A DNA stretch of 64,000 bases, from the NCBI RefSeq assembly GCF_006345805.1, contig NC_043019.1:19715360-19779359 (forward strand), given 5' to 3'. This DNA is from Octopus sinensis. Lineage: Eukaryota. A program made the translations under genes and the position numbers. The first letter of the stretch is position 1. Each line of letters starts with the position of its first letter. The notes beneath the pieces were generated by a model. The model saw only the letters and a list, made by a program, of their open reading frames with translations. It had not been told where the DNA came from and made no database searches. Positions 1 through 13,398 of the stretch are shown here, piece by piece.

Positions 1-404
1 TGATGAGCGCAAAGCATTGTGGAACCCTTCTAAATAATTATTTGATAATGATAATAATAATTGACTAATAATGCTTTCTGCAGCAGGATTGCCACCTTGC
101 GCTGACAATCCATTAGAGTAAGGGAGACTACTTATATTTGTCTTCACTGTCTTTATTTTTTTCAAGAAGAAGGGATGTTACACATTCATATCTATGTGTA
201 TACGTGGGTATACATGTGTAGAATACATCCCCACTTTTGGCACTATTTTGCTAGTAAACAGTACGAACTGTGTCTAAAGCGAATGTGTATCACTCCGCTC
301 TGTTTTGACAGTTCCTGTAAACAGGTAAAGTAAATAAACACGTAAAACAATAACAATGCCTTCATTGAGTTGTCTATCATCCCATCACGAACGAAACAAT
401 GCAT

Positions 405-471
<67 letters not shown>

Positions 472-509
472 CGAAAACGTTAAATTACAAAATAGAAAAA
501 AAACTGTAG

Positions 510-2470
510 TTCAGTTCATGAATACAACACGAAAATCGAATATTCAATGTTTGTGATGCACTCTAGAATTTTGTCAAATAAATTGCAATCATAGAACGGT
601 GAGTGTCACATCGTCATTTATTACTTTGTTTTACAGAGGTCCATGTGCCTTCCATTTGTTGCGTCTGGTTACTATTGTAACGACCGTGCGAAGCGAGGTG
701 ACGAGAATGGCTCCTTAATACATCACACGGTCGATGCAATAAATGCAAAAAGAATAAATGCATATATGTGCCAGAGGGGAATAAGAGACACAACCGGGCA
801 GAATGTTTAAGAGAAGATTTATTGATATGTTAACATGTGTGACTGTGTGTGCGTCATATATACAGAATAATAGACAGGCCGTCACGAGAACAAAGTGTAT
901 GTGTGTGTATAGGCATGGATGTATGCGTGTGCGTTAAGTACAGATAAAAATAGTAATGAAGAAGAAAAACATTGAAAGAGTCTATAATGAGAAGTTAGAA
1001 GAATGTTCATAGACACAAGAATGAGAATACCAGTTTGTAGTGAATCGTACACGATAGTTGAAATACTGTATCAAGAAGTTGCGGCGATGATGCAGAGCCG
1101 GTTGCGGTACATGTCATACGTGAAGTTGTGGCTGTAATGCTTCTGCCTGGGTCACTTGGTACATGAGTTCTAGCAGGTTGTATATTCGCTGTTGATCCAT
1201 GGTGAAGTAATTCACGAACAGTGCAGTGTTATAACCAGTGCGAGTACGTAGAGAGATGTTGACGTCGGGACGAAAGGTGGCGATGGAGATGGATGTCGCC
1301 GAATGCTGTTGGACGAAGATGGTGAGTCTCCACGTGGCTGCTGTTGTGTTGTCACTGGAACTGGCTGCGTCTTGTGTGGTCAGTGGCTAGACCTTAAAAG
1401 GTTTGGAACCGAAAGACATCGAGACGAGAAGCTGGAGTTTTATAAGAAGTTGTAGGCTCAAAGTTGGGTAGAAAACAGGCTGTCACACATGACCTTATTT
1501 GAAGGCTGCGATTGGTTGGGTTGCATATTGGCGCGCGATAGAGCAAGAGACAAATTGCGCCAATACCAACCAATCAGAGTAGTGGACACAACAGGGTTCA
1601 AAGTGCGGCCAAAAGCTAGCTGTTATCTACTACGTTCGTATGTATGTATATATAATAGAGAGAAGAGGAATTTTACTCAAGTGTACGCTACACTATCTTT
1701 CAATTTAATAAACCCAACGCTGTGACTCACTACGCTATACCGAAAATTTTAGCAATAAATTTCAGGAATGTGAGAGTACGCCCTCCACAAATCACTGAAA
1801 ATTTTGGTTCCAGGAAGAATGGACTCACTTATGCATTCCTTCAATGTGTCGCAATTCCGACTTGGCACTGCACAAAGAAAAGCATTTTTGGTCGCGCGAC
1901 ACACTCCTGCGAAAACCCACAACTCAGGTAGGACGTAAAATATCAAACAATAAAAAAACCCATAAAATATCTGTTCGTTTCTTGGACAGCAACAGATGAG
2001 TGGAAACAGGAAAACAATGTAAAACACACGTGACTTGGAGAGGATTTGGACAAGGAATCAGGTTACAGAACGGCTTGGTTTTTGTTTTTTCCATGGAAAT
2101 AGACACCAATATGTCTGACTTTCGGATGGCTAAAACTACCCAAAATTTGCAGACTTTAAAAGCTATTAACTTCATCTATTAATTTATGGTGAAAATGAAT
2201 TTCATGTCCATAATTAGCATACAAAACTACATAAAAAGTATATGATATTTGAAATCAACTGGAACAAAAATTTGAAGGAGCAGAACGGCAAACAGAGAAG
2301 ATCCAAAGATCCAGGAGTTGGCTGTAAAATATAGGTTAGGCTTACATAATCTCCTGCAAAATTGCATTATGAGATCCAAAATAAGTTTCGGAACTGTGTA
2401 CAAGGAAGAGCCTGGCGTAAAGAGGATTTTTTTCCTTTGTATTTTCGAAGGTTGTGTCGTGATAGCCACA
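510..2470 (-). pseudogene. Degraded Merlin (IS1595/ISXO2-like DDE) DNA transposase, split by a solo LTR
   Basis: Track ORF 1749..2027 reads WVFAGVCRATKNAFLCAVPSRNCDTLKECISESILPGTKIFSDLWRAYSH, the IS1595/Merlin core. Past a stop it continues VVSHSVGF (VNHS..F motif). Left of the LTR, the minus strand resumes with TRRKQMEGTWTSVK...YLTKF (IEGxW motif). Stops and frameshifts are present; TIRs were not identified. Confidence 0.75.
676..1692 (-). mobile_element. Solo LTR (~1017 bp), probably Gypsy-type
   Basis: The ends TGTAACG (676) and CGCTACA (1692) are 7-bp imperfect inverted termini (TG...CA). A 4-bp direct repeat CTAT flanks it (672-675, 1693-1696). On the minus strand there are CCAAT motifs (~1510-1575), a TATA-like motif (~1440) and AATAAA (~818). 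Removing it rejoins the Merlin reading with one 1-nt shift. Confidence 0.8.
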
Positions 2471-3489
2471 TACTTGAATATACGAGATACACACAGATTA
2501 TTTTGTGTGTGTGTGCATGTGTGCGTTTGTTAAAGCTATTTTAAGGAACACATATAATGCCTAAACACACAAATACAGATGGAAAGACAGACGTACACAG
2601 ATAATTTCGCGTGTGCATGCGTGTATGTGTATATGTGTGTGTGTATTTAAGTGTGTGTTGTACGTTAATAACGAACACCAATAGTGTCTCAACACACATA
2701 GATAAACAGACACATATACATAGACATAAGTACACACACACACAACACACACATACGTGTGTAGGTGTGTTGACATTGACGTAGGGTTTTGTTGTGTCCA
2801 AATGCCCAGGTGGTTGGTGATGGACTCTTGGGCGTATTAAAGAGAAGTTGTAGTGCTGACACATCCGTAGGAAACACCTGCGTTCACACATAAACACTAA
2901 ACAGAGAAAAAGAAATCTTACACACACCTATTCACATACGTGCATTTCAATATTGCATAACATAATTTTTAACATTTATTTATAATATTTCACAAAACTT
3001 CACTTTACTAATAGAAAATACGATTACTTGTATTCATATTACATGTGAGAGAAGCGATGTTCCAATAGTAGTAGATCAATGTGAAAGTGTTTTGCGGATA
3101 AGATGAATTTGTAGCGAATGGAAAAGGCGTCCTGGCATAAACTATGAATCGGGCATTTAAGGTAGCATTAGAAATTGCGGTTGTGTTGTGGAGAGCTTTT
3201 GACTTCAGAGACATTTGGTCTTTGGGACTACTGTTGCCAGTTTATCTGAACGGGTTTTATTTTAGAGGCTATCAGCAGATATGGCCAGTCATAAAATAAA
3301 CTTCTATCAGCTGTGCAATGAATTTTATGCTTGGAAAGATAGAAAGAAACAAATGTAAAGAAGAATTTCTTTGCGACCCCAAGTGGGTGCTTTTCTAAAT
3401 ATTAAAACGGTTGAAATGTGCTTATCTGTAACTGTGATGGGCCCCTCCCCTCGCCTTTTCTGAAAGAGGAGCATCGTTAATATTACAAA

Positions 3490-3625
3490 TCCCGATATAA
3501 TTGGAATCTACACCATTAGAAGCAAATTTGTAGAAATTTTTATTTAAAAATATCCATTTTCCCTAAAGTTATGAAAACAACACATTCGGTGGGGCACTCT
3601 TGTGTAGGTATGCCCTTATCTGTAA
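3490..3625 (+). repeat. Dispersed repeat shared with 28040-28175
   Basis: Both loci carry ...ccgatata.ttggaatctacacca...aaaatatc.atttt...aagttatgaa...attcggtggg.cactcttgtgtaggtatgccct. Confidence 0.65.
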
Positions 3626-3805
3626 AATGCATTATAGTGAAATAGACAGTAGAAAGTGGCCCGCCACTTCCGTTTCCGGAAAATAAGGGCACAATTATCT
3701 GCAAAATGGTGAAATTAATTTAACTGATACAAAAATCCTGAAATATTATCAATTTTATTTAGTGTTTTCAACGGTCAACGTACAAAGAAACAAATTTACT
3801 TATAT

Positions 3806-3850
3806 ACTAGCAGAGATACCCGGCATTGCTCGGGATTAAAATGGCATAGT
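3806..3850 (+). mobile_element. Helitron/HINE-like 5' terminus
   Basis: ACTAGCAGAGATACCCGGCATTGCTCGGG resembles the ACTAG...CCCGGCGTTGCxCGGG head of non-autonomous Helitron-like elements. The same head occurs at 4610. The 3' end was not located. Confidence 0.45.
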
Positions 3851-4289
3851 TTGTATATAATATATTACAGTTATGTTGAAACAGGTGATATGTGAAAGTG
3901 CAGCATTGATAACAAAACATTTGTGGAGTAAATGCTTGGCTAATTCGACTAAGCAACAGCTTCAGGAGTTGTGAAGAATGAATTTGTACGTAGTCTGTTT
4001 CTGAGAGCTATTCTACTGGACCTCTGTCTAATCATTAAAACATTGATTTAATGATCCAGCATTAAGTGCTGCAACATGCATTTAATGATCTTGAGAAAAT
4101 CTCATCTCTCTTCAGACTCTTGCCTTCGGTTTTCTACAATCCTCCTGTTTCTGGAGAGATTACATCTTTTCTGTGTTTCTCCCGCTCATTCCAGAAACCT
4201 TTATTCCAAGAGAGAAGAAATTGAAAGAAGAGAAAGCGGAGAGAACACAGGAAGAAAGTGAAAGATGTATGTACGTCTATATGAAATGG

Positions 4290-4324
<35 letters not shown>

Positions 4325-4609
4325 CGTGCGCGTATGTGTGTGAGAGAGAAAGAGAGTGAAGAAGAGAGATAGAGTGAGAGAGTGAAGGTAGGAGTCGTGA
4401 TGATTGATGTCTTTTAAGGTACACACGCATAAAAAATGTGACGTTATCTTATAACATGTTTATGAAAGTTGATTTATGGAAAAGATTATAATCTTAAATT
4501 TTTGAAATGCAAATATGTGAATGGAAATTAAGTTTAATTTGTAGCCGAAATAGTACTGAATCTTTTGATACTCCAATACGTAAAAATCTGTAACTCGGTT
4601 TTAGAATGC

Positions 4610-4987
4610 ACTAGCAGTATCGCCCGGCGTTGCTCGGGTTTGTAAGGGAAATAATTATATAAGCATTTTTAGAGATGTAAAGTATAATAGCCATCTCAAT
4701 ATGGCTAACCACAAAGGGGGAGGGGTGTTACTGTAGCTTTTTACGTTCTGAGATTTAATGATAAATTTTAGAGAGTTACTTCCCTTATATATGTCAAAAA
4801 TGGATTAAAAATGGGAAAAATTGATGGTAAATTTTTTTTTAAATCGTAGATTCATCGTAGACGCGCGCTAATACCCAGACGGGCTCGATATGAATCACGA
4901 CTATAAACTGCACCGCAAAATGTGGGAGTAGTTAGGAATGTAAAATCGTAGGAGGACAGGACACACAACATCTTTTATATAAAAGAT
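4610..4987 (+). mobile_element. Non-autonomous Helitron-like (Lep1/HINE-type) element
   Basis: Head ACTAGCAGTATCGCCCGGCGTTGCTCGGG and tail ...GGACACACAACATCTTTTATATAAAAGAT, a terminal layout typical of this group. Confidence 0.55.
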
Positions 4988-5050
4988 TTCCTCTATTTAC
5001 AATAATTGAGGTCTCTTTCTTTCTTTTGTTATCTACTGTTTTACCAATAT
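4988..5050 (-). repeat. Short terminal repeat shared with 59866-59935
   Basis: Its reverse complement matches TATTGGTAAAA.C.GTA.GATAACAAAAGAAAGAAAGAGACCTCAAT...TGTAAATAGAGGAAAT at 59866. Both copies abut (TA)n. Confidence 0.7.
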
Positions 5051-5140
5051 ACATAATATATATATAAATATATATATAGTTACAGAGATGTACTTGCAAG
5101 CAAGTGACTTGATCTGAGATCGTGTGCTGAACGAAACCAG

Positions 5141-5372
5141 TTGCAGCGTTGAAGGTGTTTATAAGCATTTAAGAAACACACAAAAAACCGTTAGATTCAC
5201 TTCAACGTTTTAAATTTAATTTGTCAAAATATTTTCGTCGCTTTGAGACCGCGACCTGTTAGCGGTCTCAAAGCGAGGAAAATATTTTGGCAAATTAATT
5301 TAAATGTTGAAGTGAATTCTAACGTTTTTTGTGTGTTTCTTAAATGGCTTACAAACACCTTCCACGCTGCAA
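5141..5372. repeat. Imperfect fold-back, ~112-bp arms and 9-nt spacer
   Basis: Left arm TTGCAGCG...TTTGAGACCGC (5141-5252), spacer GACCTGTTA, right arm GCGGTCTCAAAG...CGCTGCAA (5262-5372). Confidence 0.9.
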
Positions 5373-5392
5373 TATATATATACACACATATA

Positions 5393-5428
<36 letters not shown>

Positions 5429-5489
5429 TGTATGTGTGTATATGTGTATGCATGTATGTGTGTGTGTGTTGTGGGTGTCTGTGCTTGTG

Positions 5490-5692
5490 ATTGTCCTCCA
5501 CCACTGCTTGACAACGAATGTTGGTTTGTTTACATCCCGTCACTAGTGGTTTGACAAAGGAAACAGATAGAATAAGTACAATGCTTAAAAAATAAAACTG
5601 GAGTTGATTCATTAAAGTACAATTCTTCAAGGCATTGCCCCAGCATGGCCACAGACCAATGGCTGGAAAAAGCAGAAGAATAAAAGAATACA
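5490..5692 (+). mobile_element. 3' half of SINE family 1
   Basis: Contains cttgacaac...gtttacatcccgtcact...gatagaataagtac...ccagcatggccacag...aataaaagaata, matching the 3' half of the full copy at 32400. Confidence 0.75.
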
Positions 5693-5744
5693 TTCTCTGC
5701 TTTGGTCTATGTCAAGGCATGAGAAAGCTTGAGTTTACATGAGA

Positions 5745-6005
5745 AGGCCTAACAGACCTGGTAGAAACAGCAGCCAAATCTCCTCAAATCACACCTTATG
5801 TCTTATGTATGTATATATATATGAGCCAATGAGGGGGACCTCTACATGGTAAGCTAGACCTGGTAGAAATAGCAGCCAAATTTCCCCCAATCACACCTTA
5901 CTGTCTATCTATTATATATGATGTATGAGCCTACGAGGGAGACCCCCTACATGGCAGAAATAGCAGCCAAATTCTCCCTCAAATCACACCTTACTGTCTT
6001 ATGTA
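5745..6005 (+). repeat. ~120-bp tandem array (about 2.5 units) of a dispersed repeat
   Basis: The unit GAAATAGCAGCCAAAT...AATCACACCTTA..GTCT...ATGAGCC.A.GAGGG..ACC.CTACATGG recurs. Related copies are at ~25760-25850 (+), ~40420 (-), ~41640 (-) and ~58690 (+). Confidence 0.75.
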
Positions 6006-6399
6006 TGTAATATATATATTATATATATACAAGCCACTACGGTTATTTAATGTAAAGTCTTCCTCAAAGTGGTTTTATCAGGGCAGTTGCAATTGCTATC
6101 GGATGTTGGATGGGCCTCGGAAAAAGTAGATATATTAAGTTTTTTCACATTGTTGTTGGCTAGGTTCCTGGCTAGATTGGGCGTGGTAGAGTAGGAGAGT
6201 CTAATGGTGTTCTTATTTAGGATAGTATAGTACTTATGTTGGGTGGGGAAGTGTTTCTGTAGGAGAGTGAAGAAGATTTTAGCTACCGGTGTAGCGACCA
6301 GCTAATGTGTCTTCGTCTATTTTTCCTGGATTGGCGTGGGGCTATACTAGTATAGGTGATCTTATCTTTACTATACTAGTATAGCCCCACGCCAACCCA

Positions 6400-7090
6400 G
6401 GAAAAATAGACGAAGACACATTAGCTGGTACAACCGTGAGGTCGCTACACCGGTAACTAAAATCTTCTTCACTCTCCTACAGAAACACTTCCCCACCCAA
6501 CATAAGTACTATACTATCCTAAATAAGAACACCATTAGACTCTCCTACTCTACCACGCCCAATCTAGCCAGGAACCTAGCCAACAACAATGTGAAAAAAC
6601 TTAATATATCTACTTTTTCCGAGGCCCATCCAACATCCGATAGCAATTGCAACTGCCCTGATAAAACCACTTGCCCCCTCAACAACAACTGCCTACAGAG
6701 GGACCTCGTATATACATGCGAGGTAAGATCAGGCCCTGATGATAAAAGAAAATCGTACATCGTAATGACGTCAAACAGCTTTAAGACCCGCTAGTACGCC
6801 CACACACACTCGTTCCGGCGACCGGATAAATCCAACCAAACTACCCTCGCCGCCCACATCTGGTACCTTAAAAGGAACTCCATCCCCTTCAAGACCAAGT
6901 GGAAACTACTACAGAAGGCGCGTTCGTACACAGGAAACCATACCTGCTGTGACCTTTGCATTTCGGAGAGCCTAGAGATCTTGTTCGCCAAAGGCCCTCT
7001 CCTCAACAAGATCTCAGAACACTCCCCAAATTGCATGCATAAGACTTATGCAAACTACAAGAACTATAGACCTACCCGGCAACCAGATTG
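6400..7090 (+). pseudogene. PLE RT-EN linker and GIY-YIG endonuclease remnant
   Basis: Reads RRRHISWYN..VATPVTKIFFTLLQKHFPTQHKYYTILNKNTIRLSYSTTPNL, then CNCPDKTTCPLNNNCLQRDLVY...SYIVMTSNSFKTR*..HTHSF...TTLAAHIWYLK...CCDLCISE...LLNK...CMH. One stop plus small deletions. Confidence 0.9.
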
Positions 7091-7169
7091 ACGACACCCC
7101 ACCCACAAACCCCCCAATCCCACCGTTCCCCTAGCACCCCCGATTACCTTTTCTCCTAAGACCTTTCAC

Positions 7170-9880
<2,711 letters not shown>

Positions 9881-10081
9881 GTCTCCTTATTTACCTAAAA
9901 CTCTATTCTTCTATTTATTTTTTTTATTCTTTTATTTATTCTTTTATCTACTTTACCACTGACTCCTTGACCACTCCCCTAAGTATGATATTTTTGCGCT
10001 ATGCCTACCCCCAAAAAGTCTCCCACCACCACCCCTTTAAACCTGCCTAAATGTATAAATGCCAAAACAATTCTTGTTAAT

Positions 10082-10133
10082 AGCTTCCTGATGATTTCTC
10101 TTGAATGAAAACAGTTCTAGTCCTGTAGAAGCT
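10082..10133 (+). ncRNA. Type I hammerhead ribozyme motif (PLE-A)
   Basis: Stem I AGCTTC/GAAGCT; core CTGATGA; stem II TTC/GAA with loop TCTT; GAAA(A); stem III ACAG/CTGT with an 8-nt loop; GTA cleavage triplet. There is one extra A in the GAAA run and a U-U opposition at the base of stem II. Confidence 0.75.
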
Positions 10134-10332
10134 CCTTCTATATAAATAAATTAATTTTACTCTGCTATGTATTGAGTACCTTATTTACTTGGTTAACCCC
10201 GAATCAACCCGGGACCTACATATATATATATATATATATAAAATATTATTTGAGACAAAACCACTATTTTGCAAAACAAACAAGGAAAGACTTAATCAAT
10301 ACATAAAATTTAATAAATAGTCAAAAAAACCG

Positions 10333-10375
10333 CCACTACAATCGTTTTTTGTCTTGATCGACAATCTTCAGGTGG
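10333..10375 (-). ncRNA. Minimal type I HHR, PLE-B copy 1 (G of GAAA read as A)
   Basis: Minus strand CCAC CTGAAGA TTGTC GATCAA GACAA AAAAC GATT GTA GTGG. Confidence 0.6.
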
Positions 10376-13300
10376 ACTTCCAATCTAAAAAAATCAAAAT
10401 TTTAAAATATAAAAATAATACTTTTAAATAATTAAAGTATAAATGAAAAAATATAAGTATATAATCCATATAACCTATATATAATCCATATCGAAAAATA
10501 TAGACTAATTACCACGAATTCCCTAAAAAAACCATGATAAAACAAAACTCTTAAAAACATATAACGATAAAATCTCCCTTTGCTAAAACTCTATAACAAA
10601 CCTATAAAGTAAACCCCCTAACCTAAACATTCACACACAAATACACACACGTAAACCACAGACTCACGACTTATACACATACCTATACTAACTTATAAAC
10701 CTCAATATACACCAAAACCCACTCCCTCCCCACACAGACAAATTAACACATACATCCCAAAACCTAAATAACAAACCCATATACACATTCACACACAAAA
10801 CACACACTCACACGCAAAACACTCACACACAAAAGATACATATACTCCCTCACATATACGCCTATACATACTCACTAAACTCGACATATACAACAATACT
10901 TACACACCCACAAAAAACATTATATACATTTATGAGCTTTAACTCACCTTAGCATCTCTAACAAACAACTTGCAGTAACCCAATCCCATTCTCTATGCCT
11001 ACCTCACTACTACACTATTCCATTCACATTCCAAGCAACGCTAGTCCACCACCCGGTTATTCACGTGGCAAAACGAACACCACTCAAAAATATGAATGAA
11101 ACAATGTAAAAAAATAACCAACACCTAAAATAGACAAAAATACCACGAATTACCTAAAAAAAACCATGATAAAACAAAAACTCATAAAAGCATATAACGA
11201 TAAAATCTCCCTTTGCTAAACCCTATAACAAACTTATATAGCAATCCCCCCTAACCTAAACATTCACACACAAAAAACCCACACGTAAACCACAGACCCA
11301 AGACTTATCCAACTATACACCTAAACTTATAAACCTCAATATACACCAAAAACACTCCCTCCCCACACAGACAAATTAACACATACATCCCAAATCCTAA
11401 ATAACAAACCCAAATACACATTCACACACAAAACACACACACACGCAAAACACACACACACACAACAGATACATATGCTCCCTCACATATACGCATATAC
11501 ATACTCACTAAAACTCGATATATACAACAATATTTACACCCACACTCATACAGATAAATAAATTAATTATACAATTAAAAACTCACAACCAATCTCATAT
11601 ACATAAACACTCTTATGAAAAAAACAATAAATACATCGTAATTAACCAGAATATCAAAAATAACATTATGACATAAGGATAAATCAAATACATACTTACA
11701 ATTCAGTTACAAATTATGAAGTGAAAATTAGATTCTTAGCCGTTAAAAAACCAAACAAAAATTACGTTACCATGGAAATAACTAATGTAAAAAAAGAATA
11801 CGCGCGCATAGAAAGTAAACGTCATTCATAGTATGAATGGAGAAATATAATAAATGGAACTAAAAACTATTTCCACGTAGCAAACCAACGCTACTTAAAA
11901 AAAATTTATTATGAATGGATTCTTTAAAAACTATCATGAAAAATCAATTATATACATTTATGAGCTTTAGCTCACCCTAGCAACTCTAACAAACAACTTA
12001 CAGTAACCCATACTCAATGCCTACCTCATTACCACCCTAATCCATTCACAATTCCAAGCAACACTAGTCCACCACCCGGTTACAATTCCCAACTCTACAC
12101 CATTCATTCACAATTTCAACGACGTTCCCTTCAACAACTCTACATATAAGCCTCAACATATAACCGGAGAGATACACTTACACATCCGTGCGGATGGGTG
12201 AGAGTATACATTAAGTGTAGTGATGGGGCTCCCATTTCTAAAACAATTTGTACCTGTGTGGTAGTCTCCATGTGTATATTCACGCACGGGTATAAATACA
12301 GGGGGTACACGCTCACTTCATTTACGTGTACCCCTCACATGTACATATGCATACTATTTTGGCTCGATATATGCAACAATGTAATCGCGCCCGTATGTGT
12401 GAGCATTCACTGGTTGTGCAATTCATCCATCTGGGTGTGTGATTGTGTGTGTAAACTTATCACTGTGGAGGTCGAGCTTGATACGTATATATTAGTGTGT
12501 ATTAGGGGTTGTACGTACTAATTATGTTCATGTGCTTCACGCACTTGCGTCCATGTATGAAAGAATATATTGGGATTACTATGTAGGTGTAAATAGGGTA
12601 TGGGGAGTATTGTCATTGTATGGGTGTGGGTTTCATTTGTGATGGTGGTTAGTTGGTGATTATTAGTATGTTCTGTATATTAGGGCTAGTATGTATTATT
12701 CAAGTGTGTATAATTGTATACATATAATTGGTGTGTGTGGAATGGGATTACTCCCATTTTTTTGTTTTTTTTTTTTTTTTTATTATTATTATTATTTATT
12801 TTTTATTTTTTTATTATTATTTTTTATTTTATTTTTTTATTTTTTTATTATATTTTAGGGGATGTATGTGTTTATTATCCTGTGGGGCTGGTGTGAGTGG
12901 CCGTTAGGTGCATATGCTGAGGCTCACATGCAAACCCAAGTACAACGAATGAAGTGGGCACTTATAATTGTTATGGGTGTGTACTTTATTATAAAAGACA
13001 ATACCCAATAAAATCTGTCAATTCAACATACAAATAAAAAACAAAAACAAAGGGATCTTAAACATTCACACATACATACAAAAACTCAATAAAAACACCA
13101 AAATAACACCCAAAACATATAAATATATCCTCAAAATACATATAACAAATGCAAAATAAAAATACATAATAAAATAAAATAAATAAAAATAAAATAAAAA
13201 ATAAAAAAATCTAATATAAATTATTAAAGTTTTAACGTACCATAAACTGCTAAATTAATATACATTAAAAAAGAACTAATTAAAACAAAGAAATATCAAT

Positions 13301-13398
13301 AAAGACTAACTATAATTAAATCCTAGACAACATAACCAAAATATATCATCTAAACTAATTTAAACTAAACTAAAATAACCTAAAAGGGAATATTATTG

